Shown piece by piece: positions 29,537-38,365 of a DNA stretch of 64,000 nt; position 1 is the first letter of the stretch; each line of letters opens with the position of its first letter. The stretch comes from an uncultured bacterium (GTDB taxonomy: Bacteria; Oederibacteriota; Oederibacteriia; Oederibacteriales; Oederibacteriaceae): assembly GCA_965112635.1 (NCBI GenBank), contig OZ218778.1, positions 672,001-736,000 on the forward strand, given 5' to 3'. The notes below the pieces were generated by a model. The model was given only the letters and a program-made list of their open reading frames with translations. It had not been told where the DNA came from and searched no databases. Position numbers and translations under genes: made by a program.

Positions 29537-29720
29537 TTTTTTTCTGCGCCATTCCTGCCATCAGAACAACCGCTGGCCATTAACAAATCACGGTTTTTCT
29601 GTTATATTAATGGCAGGACTACAAGGAAACATCTTTTGGCACCCTCCGGATTTATTCGAGGCAAAACTAGTTTTGGGTTGATTGTTTTTACGATACTTTT
29701 TTGACAAAAGGACAAAACCG

Positions 29721-30557
29721 ATGTACAAAATTGTGGAAAAAAAGGCTCTCGCCCCTAACGTCAAACTGATGGGCATTGAAGCCGAGCATGTGGTCAGGAA
29801 CGCCAGGGCCGGCAACTTTATCATCATCGTCCCGGATGCCAAAGGCGAAAGGATCCCCCTGACCATCTATGACCTGGATAAAAAGAAAAATATCGTTTAC
29901 ACGATCTTCCAGGAGCTGGGCACCACTACTTTTAAGCTGGGCAGGCTCAATGTCGGGGAAAGCGTGTTTGCCGTGGCCGGTCCCCTGGGCAAGGCGTTTA
30001 CCATAGAGAAATACGGTAGAGTAGTCATGGTCGGCGGCGGCATCGGCATCCCGGCTATCTACCCTATCGCCAAGGCGCTCCAGCAAGCGGGCAATACCAT
30101 CATTTCCGTGGTCGGCGCCAGGAACAAGGGCCTCTTGATCCTGGAAAACGAAATGAAGAACGTCTCCAGCGAACTGTTGGTCGCCACGGACGACGGCTCT
30201 TACGGCAAAAAAGGCTTGGTCACCCACATCCTGCAGGAGCTGATCGATAAAAAAGAGCAGATCGACCTCGTGGTGGCGGTCGGGCCCGTGGTCATGATGA
30301 AAGCTGTCTCTGAAGTGACCCGTCCCTACAAAATAAAAACTATAGTCAGCTTGAACGCCATGATGATCGACGGCACAGGCATGTGCGGCGGCTGCCGCGT
30401 GACCGTGGGCAAGGACACTAAATTTTCCTGCGTGGACGGCCCGGAATTCGACGGCCATCTCGTGGATTTCGCCGAGCTGACCAGCCGCCTGGGCTCTTTC
30501 AAGAACGAAGAAAAAGAATCGTTGCACAAATGCAAATTGGAGCTCAACCTTGAGTAA
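29721..30557 (+). CDS. nfnA: NfnA/SudB small subunit of electron-bifurcating transhydrogenase
   Basis: GERIPLTI, GPLG, GGGIG, TDDGSYG, MIDGTGMCGGCRV...CVDGPEFDGH [2Fe-2S] motif; overlaps the large subunit gene. Confidence 0.9.
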   Translation: MYKIVEKKALAPNVKLMGIEAEHVVRNARAGNFIIIVPDAKGERIPLTIYDLDKKKNIVYTIFQELGTTTFKLGRLNVGESVFAVAGPLGKAFTIEKYGRVVMVGGGIGIPAIYPIAKALQQAGNTIISVVGARNKGLLILENEMKNVSSELLVATDDGSYGKKGLVTHILQELIDKKEQIDLVVAVGPVVMMKAVSEVTRPYKIKTIVSLNAMMIDGTGMCGGCRVTVGKDTKFSCVDGPEFDGHLVDFAELTSRLGSFKNEEKESLHKCKLELNLE

Positions 30558-31977
30558 AAAAGAGATGAAAAAAAAGCTGGAAGTGCGCACCCAGCCAGCC
30601 GGGGTTCGGGTGACCAATTTCGACGAGGTGGCCCTGGGGTTCAGCCCGGAAGAGGCCCTGGAAGAGGCCGGCCGCTGTTTGCAGTGCCCCAAACCCACTT
30701 GTATCAACGGCTGCCCGGTGAACATCAATATCAAGGAGTTCATCCATAAGATCACCCAGAACGATTTTTCCGGGGCGCTCAAGACCATCAAAGAAAAGAG
30801 TTTCCTGCCCGGTGTCTGCGGCCGGGTCTGCCCGCAGGAAGACCAGTGCGAAAAGGCCTGCGTGATGCATAAAATGCATAACGCCATCAATATCGGCGGA
30901 CTGGAAAGGTTTGCCGCGGACTGGGACATGGCCCATGGGACGCGGGAGGTCATTTTGCCCGGGAAAAAGCTGGACAAGTCCGGCAATCCCATCCGCATCG
31001 CCATTGCCGGTTCCGGGCCTTCCGGCCTGACCCTGGCGGGCGAGCTGGTCAAAATGGGTTACGCCCCGGTCCTTTTTGAAGCCCTGCACATCGTGGGCGG
31101 GGTGCTGGTCTATGGCATCCCCGAGTTCCGGCTTCCCAAAAAAATAGTGGAAAGAGAAGTGGACTATCTCGAAAAAATGGGCGTGGATATCCAGCCCAAC
31201 GTGCTGGTCGGCAAATCCTACAGCCTGGATGACCTGATGAGCATGGGTTTTAAGGCTGTTTATATCGGCGTGGGCGCAGGAATCCCCGTGTTCATGAACA
31301 TCCCCGGCGAGAATCTGAACGGCGTTTATTCCGCCAACGAAACTTTGACCCGCCTGAACCTTTTAAAAGCCTATATGTTCCCTGAATACGACACGCCGGT
31401 CAAAAAAGGCAAAAAGGTCGTGGTTTTGGGGGGCGGCAACGTGGCCATGGACGCGGCCAGGGTTTACCGCCGCATCCCCGGCGTGGAAAAGGTCACGATT
31501 TCTTACCGCCGTTCCGAGACCGAAATGCCCGCCCGGGCCGAAGAATCCTTTCGCGCCAAGGAGGAAGGCATCGAGTTTTTATACCTCACCAGTCCTGTGG
31601 AGATCCTGGGAGATGAAAAAGGCTGGGTCAAAGGCCTGAAACTGGTCAAAATGGAGCTGACCGAACCTGACCAGTCCGGCAGACGCGGAGTCAAACCCAT
31701 CCCGGGGAGCGAATTCACCATTGACGCGGATATCGTCATCCCGGCCATCGGCACCAAGGCCAATAAGCTTTTGACCACTGAGGTTAAGGACTTAAAACTC
31801 AATAAGTGGGGGTATATCGAGGTGGACGAATCCTTGGCCACTTCCATCCCTGGAGTTTTCGCCGGAGGCGACATCACCACCGGCTCGGCCACGGTCATCG
31901 CAGCCATGGGCGCGGGCAAAAAAGTCGCCCTTTCCATTGACCGCTATATCCAAAGCCTGGGCATCATCAAAGGATAA
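30550..31977 (+). CDS. nfnB: NfnB/SudA large subunit (GltD-like flavoprotein)
   Basis: RCLQCPKPTCINGCPV, CGRVCPQEDQCE, GSGPSGL, YGIPEFRLPK, GGGNVAMD, AGGDITTGSATVI. Confidence 0.9.
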   Translation: MSKKEMKKKLEVRTQPAGVRVTNFDEVALGFSPEEALEEAGRCLQCPKPTCINGCPVNINIKEFIHKITQNDFSGALKTIKEKSFLPGVCGRVCPQEDQCEKACVMHKMHNAINIGGLERFAADWDMAHGTREVILPGKKLDKSGNPIRIAIAGSGPSGLTLAGELVKMGYAPVLFEALHIVGGVLVYGIPEFRLPKKIVEREVDYLEKMGVDIQPNVLVGKSYSLDDLMSMGFKAVYIGVGAGIPVFMNIPGENLNGVYSANETLTRLNLLKAYMFPEYDTPVKKGKKVVVLGGGNVAMDAARVYRRIPGVEKVTISYRRSETEMPARAEESFRAKEEGIEFLYLTSPVEILGDEKGWVKGLKLVKMELTEPDQSGRRGVKPIPGSEFTIDADIVIPAIGTKANKLLTTEVKDLKLNKWGYIEVDESLATSIPGVFAGGDITTGSATVIAAMGAGKKVALSIDRYIQSLGIIKG

Positions 31978-31992
31978 AAGGCTCAGAAAATG

Positions 31993-32037
31993 AAAAACCC
32001 TGTCGCTCTTTAAAGCGGGATAGGGTTTTTTTATTTT
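31993..32037. terminator. intrinsic terminator after nfnAB, probably bidirectional
   Basis: aaaaaccctgtcgct...agcgggatagggtttttt. Confidence 0.75.
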
Positions 32038-32070
32038 GTTCCTGCTTGTGGAATCCTATAGCCAGAAAGG

Positions 32071-32292
32071 TTAGGCCTTGAGTTTAGTCTGTTTTGACTT
32101 GCCTTTGCCTTTTTCTTCTTTTTCCTGATGTCTCACTTCCATCTCACCTTTTCTGATCCTATCCAGGTGATGCTGGCAGGCAAAGACCACCCTGTGCTCA
32201 GGATGGTCGCATTTCACGATAACGAATTTGGGGGGAGTCGCGCAGTCCTCGGCGCTGCATTTATGCTCTACCTTAAATGAAATGAGTTTCAT
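32071..32292 (-). CDS. small hypothetical protein, possible Zn finger
   Basis: SD GGGAGG; CSAEDC...CDH...CQHH and Lys-rich tail. Confidence 0.55.
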   Translation of the reverse strand: MKLISFKVEHKCSAEDCATPPKFVIVKCDHPEHRVVFACQHHLDRIRKGEMEVRHQEKEEKGKGKSKQTKLKA

Positions 32293-32334
32293 CTTTTTCC
32301 TCCCTTTCCAAATTTACTACTACATTATACCAAC

Positions 32335-32973
32335 TTAATGCTGTTTTTCTCTGTGCAGGTTCCCTGAACCGGCCTTTTGTTTTTTCAGGGTCAGAGCGGC
32401 ATGAGACCAGGAGGTTTTTTCTCCTTTAGGGTAGCCCTGGGGAAAAGCCGTGACCGTTAGGTACTCCACAGCCTTTCCACCCACCGTCCTCACCGAATGC
32501 CATTTGTTCACAGGCACGAAAAAAACATCCCCGAACTTGAGACTGGCGCAACGCTTCGCTTTATCGGGACGCGTTTTGAAGACCACGGGCTCTGCCCGTG
32601 GTTGAAAAAACGCCATTATATTATACAAATTCCTCTCCGAGAGGATTCCAAAGGAGGTTACTCCTTTGGTCAGCCAGCGCAGCTGGCTGAATATTTTGTG
32701 AGAGTCGCGGGCTCTGCCCGTAGGGGGCCCACCGCTCTCCTTCGAGCGTGTGAGCACCTCTCCCCTGCCTTTGATCATATAAAATATCTGTTCAGCTTCC
32801 GGATGCCGGTGCATAGGCGAAGCGTGGCCAGGTTTGATGATGGTCAAAAATGTTTCCGTACATTTGGCTGATTCGCGGGGAATTAAAAAATCATTGATGT
32901 GTGTCTTGAAAACGAACCTCTTGCCCTTACTGTAAAAGATTTTAATAAATCTACCTTTGCCCATACCTACCAC
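32335..32973 (-). CDS. cupin-domain protein carrying an in-frame palindromic insertion
   Basis: Motif 1 PGHASPMHRHPEAEQIFYMIKGRG and motif 2 GDVFFVPVNKWHSVRT separated by an abnormally long ~75-aa spacer. Confidence 0.8.
   Translation of the reverse strand: MVGMGKGRFIKIFYSKGKRFVFKTHINDFLIPRESAKCTETFLTIIKPGHASPMHRHPEAEQIFYMIKGRGEVLTRSKESGGPPTGRARDSHKIFSQLRWLTKGVTSFGILSERNLYNIMAFFQPRAEPVVFKTRPDKAKRCASLKFGDVFFVPVNKWHSVRTVGGKAVEYLTVTAFPQGYPKGEKTSWSHAALTLKKQKAGSGNLHREKQH
32560..32733. mobile_element. ~174-bp palindromic non-autonomous element (REP/PATE/MITE-like) inside the cupin gene
   Basis: Two related terminal palindromes accacgggctctgcccgtggt (32582-32602) and gcgggctctgcccgt (32707-32721) enclose three more hairpins; boundaries inferred. 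Confidence 0.7.
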
Positions 32974-33620
32974 CTATATTCAATGACCTTGAGAAAAGCC
33001 CTGGCAATAATGAGGTGGCCCAAAGTATTGGGATGGACCCGGTCCCAGGCCAGGGTCATGGGATGGATGTCACCTAAAACCTCGTCAAAAGCCTCCTGCG
33101 TATCCACCAGCAAAGCCTTATATTTCTTAGCCAGCCTTTTAACAACCTCCCCGTACTGGTCCATCATCCGGCGCATGGGTTCCTGGCGGTTGGGCTCGAT
33201 GAGATACGGGGTCATCAGGACCAGGCCCTGGAGCTTGAGCTGTTTCAGGCTGGTTTTGACCAGGCCTTCCAATGTTTCCGCGTACTCAGGCAAACGCACA
33301 TGGTTCTCGGTCTGCAAAGGCAGATCAAACTGCCTCCACACGTCATTGATGCCGATCTTGATGGACAGCCAGTCCGGCTTCAAATCCAGCACATCCCTTT
33401 TCCAGCGGGCTTTGAGGTCCCTGACCGTATGCCCGCCGCACCCCATGTTGACCACGCGCAGCTTTGGACAGGGAACGCTGGCATTGAGCAGACCTTCCAC
33501 AAAGCTCACATAGCCGTTGCCCAGGGAGGCGCCCAATCCCTCGCCCACAGGCTGGGCCCTGCCGCAATCCGTGATGGAATCTCCTATCATCACCACTTTA
33601 CTTCCGGGTTTTATGAGCAT
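32967..33620 (-). CDS. SGNH/GDSL hydrolase (acetyl xylan esterase Axe2-like)
   Basis: GDSITD, NMGCGG, GINDVWRQFD, DRVHP. Confidence 0.92.
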   Translation of the reverse strand: MLIKPGSKVVMIGDSITDCGRAQPVGEGLGASLGNGYVSFVEGLLNASVPCPKLRVVNMGCGGHTVRDLKARWKRDVLDLKPDWLSIKIGINDVWRQFDLPLQTENHVRLPEYAETLEGLVKTSLKQLKLQGLVLMTPYLIEPNRQEPMRRMMDQYGEVVKRLAKKYKALLVDTQEAFDEVLGDIHPMTLAWDRVHPNTLGHLIIARAFLKVIEYRW

Positions 33621-33630
33621 CTTTCCTCCT

Positions 33631-34386
33631 CTATCGGGTAATTATTCCCGCGGCGGTCCTTTGCCTGACCAGTTCGTACATCAGCACGGCCCCGGCATTG
33701 GAGACATTGAGCGAAGCGATCTTACCGGCCATGGGAATTTTCACCAAAAAATCGCATTTTTCGCGGGTGAGCCGGGACAAACCCTTGCCTTCCCCGCCCA
33801 GCACCAGGCAGGTGGGCAAAGTAAAATCATGGTCAAAACAAACGGTCTGGGCCTCGCCGTCCGCTCCCACGACCCAAATACCCTCTTTTTTAAAAAGATC
33901 GATGGCCTGGTTGATATTGGTCACGCAGGCCACCGCTACATAGGAGGAAGCACCAGCCGAGGTCTTGGAGACCGTCTCGGTCAGGCCCACGCCTCGCTTT
34001 AGCGGGATGACCACCCCGTGGCACCCGCTTCCCTCCGCGGTCCTGAGGATCGCGCCCAAGTTGTGGGGGTCCTGCAGATGGTCCAGGATGATGATAAAGG
34101 GAGGCTCCTTGAGATGTTTGGCTTTTAGGACTAGGTCCAGGGGGTCCAGGTAACTGGTGGCCGAGGAAAGGAGCGCCACCACGCCCTGGTGCTTGGGATG
34201 GCCGCAAAGCTCCTTGAGCCTGTCGTTGTCCTCGTAGCTGATCTCCACATCATAGCTTTTGGCCAGCACCTCTATTTCCTGCAAAAAGGTCCCGGAGTTT
34301 TTGGCCAGGAATATCTTGTCAATGCGGTTCTGCTGGCTTTTTAAAGCTTCCAGGACCGGATGCTTGCCCCAAATTTTTTCGCTCAT
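33631..34386 (-). CDS. rlmB: 23S rRNA (G2251-2'-O)-methyltransferase
   Basis: GKHPVLEAL, HQGVVA, LDHLQDPHNLGAILRTA, GGEGKGL, SLNVS. Confidence 0.95.
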   Translation of the reverse strand: MSEKIWGKHPVLEALKSQQNRIDKIFLAKNSGTFLQEIEVLAKSYDVEISYEDNDRLKELCGHPKHQGVVALLSSATSYLDPLDLVLKAKHLKEPPFIIILDHLQDPHNLGAILRTAEGSGCHGVVIPLKRGVGLTETVSKTSAGASSYVAVACVTNINQAIDLFKKEGIWVVGADGEAQTVCFDHDFTLPTCLVLGGEGKGLSRLTREKCDFLVKIPMAGKIASLNVSNAGAVLMYELVRQRTAAGIITR

Positions 34387-34401
34387 TGCCGGAATCCCGC
34401 C

Positions 34402-34965
34402 TTACTTGGCGTCAAAATCGACTTTGGGCACGGCCTTGGCTTTTTCTTCGGCCTGGAAGAACTCCCTGGGCTTGAACCCGAACCACTGGCCGATCATGTT
34501 GGTGGGCACCCGGCGCAGAGCCGTGTTGAGGTCCTGGACCGCCTCGTTGTAACGCTGCCGCTCCACGCTGATCCTGTTCTCGGTGCCGGCCAGCTCGTCC
34601 ATCAGCCGGTTAAAAGTTTCGTTGGCCTTGAGGTTGGGGTAGTTCTCCACGATGACCAGCAGCCGGGAAAGCGAGGTCTCCATCTGGGTCCCGGCCTTGA
34701 TCTTGTCTTCGGTGGTCTTCGCGCCCGTGTACTGGGCCCTGGCCTGGGCCAGTTCGGACAGGATGGATTTTTCATGTTTCATGTAACCTTTGACGCTGGA
34801 CACCAGGTTGGGGATAAGGTCGGCCCGCCTCTGCAGGACGTTCTCCACCTGGGCCCAGGCCGAGGTCACGGCCACATCCTTATTGACCAGGCTGTTGTAC
34901 ATCCCGAATCCAGCCAAAACCACCAGCACCACGACGCCTAAAATTATTAAAAGGGCCTTGTTCAT
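34402..34965 (-). CDS. lemA: LemA family protein
   Basis: YNSLV...AWAQVENVLQRRADLIPNLV, ENYPNLKAN, ELAGTENRISVERQRYN. Confidence 0.95.
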   Translation of the reverse strand: MNKALLIILGVVVLVVLAGFGMYNSLVNKDVAVTSAWAQVENVLQRRADLIPNLVSSVKGYMKHEKSILSELAQARAQYTGAKTTEDKIKAGTQMETSLSRLLVIVENYPNLKANETFNRLMDELAGTENRISVERQRYNEAVQDLNTALRRVPTNMIGQWFGFKPREFFQAEEKAKAVPKVDFDAK

Positions 34966-34979
34966 AACGGACTCCCTCC

Positions 34980-35648
34980 TTAAATGGACTCTAGATTTTG
35001 CAACAGGCGGCCGACCGCGTCATAAAGGGAAAAATACAGCCCAGCCAATGCCTGTTTGTTCAATTTGATCTCTTTTTTCCTTAATTTGGCGCACTGTTCC
35101 ATGGGGTGCAGCAGAGCCGGTCCCAGCTTGCCCCGGCACATGAACTGGCATTCTTTGGCCAGATGGTTCAGGGATTTCCCGGCCTGGCCCAAAAACGCCT
35201 CCATGTCCCTGGGGCTGGACTGGAGGGTGAGCCACAGGACGCGCATCTGCAAAAGCTTGGAGGTGAGCTCGGCCTCCACCTGGTGGCGGAGGTTCCTGGT
35301 GCTGACCGCGACCTCTCCGACCACATCCTTGCCGGCCAAAACTTCGTAGCTTTCCTGGATGTCCCGGAACTCCAGGGGAAAGGTGTCCGCGCCCCGTCCG
35401 ATCTCCTGCTCGGACCAGAAAACAGGGGCCAGGTTTATCTTTTTCTGCGCTATGGCCACGCATTTCCGGGCCAGGCTGAGGTCGGACAGATGGACCTCTT
35501 TTAACACCACCAGGACATTAACGTCGGACTTCTGGGGCAGGTGCTGCTTTTTAGCCGCGCTTCCGTACAGGATGACCGAGACGAGCTTGTTCCCGAACAG
35601 GGTTTGCAGGTCCTTTACCAAAAGGTCCAGATGTGATTTCACAGCCAT
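34980..35648 (-). CDS. nucleotidyltransferase-fold protein, LemA-associated
   Basis: SVILYGSAA...SDVNVLVV pol-beta-type motif; DTFPLEFRDI. Confidence 0.8.
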   Translation of the reverse strand: MAVKSHLDLLVKDLQTLFGNKLVSVILYGSAAKKQHLPQKSDVNVLVVLKEVHLSDLSLARKCVAIAQKKINLAPVFWSEQEIGRGADTFPLEFRDIQESYEVLAGKDVVGEVAVSTRNLRHQVEAELTSKLLQMRVLWLTLQSSPRDMEAFLGQAGKSLNHLAKECQFMCRGKLGPALLHPMEQCAKLRKKEIKLNKQALAGLYFSLYDAVGRLLQNLESI

Positions 35649-35654
35649 CCTCTT

Positions 35655-37034
35655 TCAGTGCATCATGGGGAAAAACTTGGCTTTGATCAGTTTAAAAACG
35701 TCGTTGTAGGTCGCGTAAAGCATGAGGGTCACGATGAAGACAAAACCCACCCGCTGATAGATGTCCTGGACTTTGACCGAGAGTGGCTTGCGGCGCACCG
35801 CCTCCAGCAGGAAAAGCACGACCAGACCGCCGTCGGTCAAAGGGATGGGCAGCAGGTTGATGACCGCCAGCATCACGCCGATCATGGCGATGAGGTCAAG
35901 CAGGTCCCGCCAGCCCTGGCGGGCCTGCTGGTTGGCCATCCGCACGATGGTTACCGGCCCTCCGATGGCTTCCTGAAAAGAGATCTGTCCCGAGACCATC
36001 TGCCACAGTCCCCTGAGGATGCCCTGGGCCCCCATCATGGTGCCCCTGGCGCCCATGCCGATCGATTCGGTCAGGGAAAATTTCATATAGGTGAAGGTGT
36101 CAGGCTCTTTACGGCCGACGCCGATGAAACCGGCTTTGCCCACTCCGGGCATATCCTGGAGGACGGTTTTGACGGATATCTTTTCAACCTTGCCGTTGCG
36201 CGCGACTTTCATTTTGATCACCCCGCCTTTCGCCCCGTGGATGAGCTCGGAGATCTGGCTCCAGTGCCTGATCTTTTTGCTGTTGATCTCGACGATCCTG
36301 TCCCCGGCCTTCATCCCGGCCTGGTCTGCCGGGAACCCCGGGGTCACGCTGCCGACGATGTTGGTGTCCTCGTCCTCGGATTCCAGGCCAAAGGACCATT
36401 CTTTGTACTGCTTGTCAAACTCTGGTTTTAACTGGACTGTCCAGACCCTCTTGTCCCGTTTCATTTTCAAGGTGACCGCCGGCGGGATTTCTCCCTCCTC
36501 TTTAGGCCGCAGGGCTTCCTCGAGGCCGTGCCAGTCCGCGACAGCCTTGCCATTGGCCTCCATGACCAGGTCCCCTTCTTTAAGATGCGCCGTAAAAGCC
36601 GATGTTTTTGGTTTGATCTCGCCGATGCGGTTAGAGTAGTTGGGTATTTTGATGCCGATATAAGCGACAAAAATGAACAAAAGGAAAGCCAGCACAAAAT
36701 TCATCAGCGGCCCGGCCACGCAGACAATGATCCTTTGCCACCAGGGTCTGGCCAGAAAATCCCAGGGCTCGATCTTTTTGTCCTGTTCCAGGATCTCGCC
36801 GCCGGACATTTTGACATAACCGCCCAGGGGTATCCAGGAGATCAAATACTCGGTCTCCCCTTTTTTAAAGCCCCATAGTTTGGGGGGGAATCCCAGGGAG
36901 AACTGCTCCACCTTGACCTTGAAGGATTTGGCGGCGATAAAATGGCCCAGCTCGTGGACAAAAATGAGCACGCCCACCCAGAAAATGATCTCCAGGATTA
37001 TGGTGCTGGAATGCAGCATGGAAATTAAGGACAC
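35655..37034 (-). CDS. rseP: RIP metalloprotease RseP with two PDZ domains
   Basis: HELGH, IPLGGYVKM, AGPLMN, GGPVTI, NLLPIPLTDGG. Confidence 0.95.
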   Translation of the reverse strand: MSLISMLHSSTIILEIIFWVGVLIFVHELGHFIAAKSFKVKVEQFSLGFPPKLWGFKKGETEYLISWIPLGGYVKMSGGEILEQDKKIEPWDFLARPWWQRIIVCVAGPLMNFVLAFLLFIFVAYIGIKIPNYSNRIGEIKPKTSAFTAHLKEGDLVMEANGKAVADWHGLEEALRPKEEGEIPPAVTLKMKRDKRVWTVQLKPEFDKQYKEWSFGLESEDEDTNIVGSVTPGFPADQAGMKAGDRIVEINSKKIRHWSQISELIHGAKGGVIKMKVARNGKVEKISVKTVLQDMPGVGKAGFIGVGRKEPDTFTYMKFSLTESIGMGARGTMMGAQGILRGLWQMVSGQISFQEAIGGPVTIVRMANQQARQGWRDLLDLIAMIGVMLAVINLLPIPLTDGGLVVLFLLEAVRRKPLSVKVQDIYQRVGFVFIVTLMLYATYNDVFKLIKAKFFPMMH

Positions 37035-37039
37035 GGGAT

Positions 37040-38209
37040 TTATCCTCTCATTTCATCGATAAATTGACAGGTTTTTTGCCTGGCCCACTGGTCGGCTTCC
37101 AGGACCGCCGTGAGGTCCATCCGGGAACCCGGCCGGTGGATTTGTAATACTCTACCAATCAGCCCGCTAATTTGCAAAAACTTAATGCGTCCTTCCAAAA
37201 AGGCGGCCACCGCGATCTCGTTGGCGGCGTTGAGGACCGCCGGATAGGTTCTCCCTTTGCCGGCCGCTTCGTAGGCGTAATGCAGGCAGCGGAACTTGTT
37301 TTTGTCCGGCCTGAAAAAATCCAGATGCTTGAGCTGCGCCAGGTCCAGGGAGGCCAGGTGGCTCATCAAACGCCTGGGATAGGTCAGGGCGTACTGGATG
37401 GGAAGTTTCATGTCCGGATAGCTCATCTGCGCCAGGGTGGCCCCGTCCACGAACTCCACCATGGAGTGGATGATGCTCTGCGGGTGGATGACAACCTCGA
37501 TGTTCTTGAGCGGGATGTCGAAGAGATGGTGGGCTTCGATCACTTCCAGCCCCTTGTTCATCAGGGTCGCCGAATCCATGGTGATCTTCTTGCCCATCTT
37601 CCAGGTCGGGTGGGCCAAGGCCTCGCTGACCGTGACCTTTTTGATCCGGCTCAAAGGCGCCTGGAAAAAAGGGCCGCCCGAGGCGGTCAGCACGACGCGG
37701 CGCACCTGCGCGGGCACATGGCCCAGCAGGCACTGGAAAATGGCGCAGTGCTCGCTGTCCACGGGCAGCAGCTGGCCGCCGTATTTTTTGAGCTCTTTCT
37801 TGACGATCTCGCCGGCCATGACCAGGGGCTCTTTGTTGGCCAGGGCAATGTCCTTGCCCGTGCGGATGGCCTGAAGGGTCGGCAACAGCCCGGCCGCGCC
37901 CACCATAGCGGAAAAAGCCAGCTCCGCCGGCAGACCGGCCACGGCCAGCAAGCCTTCCCGGCCTCCCCAAACTTTGATGCCCGTCCGTTTTAAACGGCCG
38001 GCCAGCAGTTCAGCCTTGTGTTCGTTCAAAAGAGCCACGGCCTTCGGCCTGACCGCCAGGGCCTGCTGGTAAAGGAGATCGATGTTCTCGTTGGCGGTCA
38101 GCCCGACGATGCGGAAATTCTCACGGCAGTGTTTGTTCAGGTGGCCGACCACTTGCAGAACGTTCCGGCCTATGGAACCTGTGGAACCCAGGACCACAAT
38201 TTTTTTCAT
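37040..38209 (-). CDS. dxr: 1-deoxy-D-xylulose 5-phosphate reductoisomerase
   Basis: LGSTGSIG, LANKE, PVDSEH, TASGGPF, HPTWKMGKKITMDSATLMNKGLE, NAANE. Confidence 0.97.
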   Translation of the reverse strand: MKKIVVLGSTGSIGRNVLQVVGHLNKHCRENFRIVGLTANENIDLLYQQALAVRPKAVALLNEHKAELLAGRLKRTGIKVWGGREGLLAVAGLPAELAFSAMVGAAGLLPTLQAIRTGKDIALANKEPLVMAGEIVKKELKKYGGQLLPVDSEHCAIFQCLLGHVPAQVRRVVLTASGGPFFQAPLSRIKKVTVSEALAHPTWKMGKKITMDSATLMNKGLEVIEAHHLFDIPLKNIEVVIHPQSIIHSMVEFVDGATLAQMSYPDMKLPIQYALTYPRRLMSHLASLDLAQLKHLDFFRPDKNKFRCLHYAYEAAGKGRTYPAVLNAANEIAVAAFLEGRIKFLQISGLIGRVLQIHRPGSRMDLTAVLEADQWARQKTCQFIDEMRG

Positions 38210-38233
38210 CGTCACATCCAATGGTTATTACTA

Positions 38234-38365
38234 CTGCCAGAATACCCCGCTGCTTGCGGCGGGGATAAATGGCAGCCCGGAGTCCGCCGCGGCGGACGGA
38301 GGAGTAACAAACATAATTGACTCTTCCTTACAAATACCCTGCCCCTTAGGGCGGGGATGTTTATT
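38234..38365. repeat. palindromic mini-element between cdsA and dxr
   Basis: Related hairpins aataccccgctgcttgcggcggggat (38241-38266) and aataccctgccccttagggcggggat (38333-38358) flank gtccgccgcggcggac (38282-38297). Confidence 0.7.

Noticed and set aside
29688-31052. Long antisense ORF (454 aa) and similar shadows such as 13629..14480, 24203..25042, 39197..40189, 45962..46966
   Set aside because: They lie opposite well-supported genes, have no motifs, and are expected from GC-rich codon bias.
30550-31977. Glutamate synthase small subunit
   Set aside because: Paired with an NfnA/SudB gene and no gltB adjacent, so NfnB is the better call.
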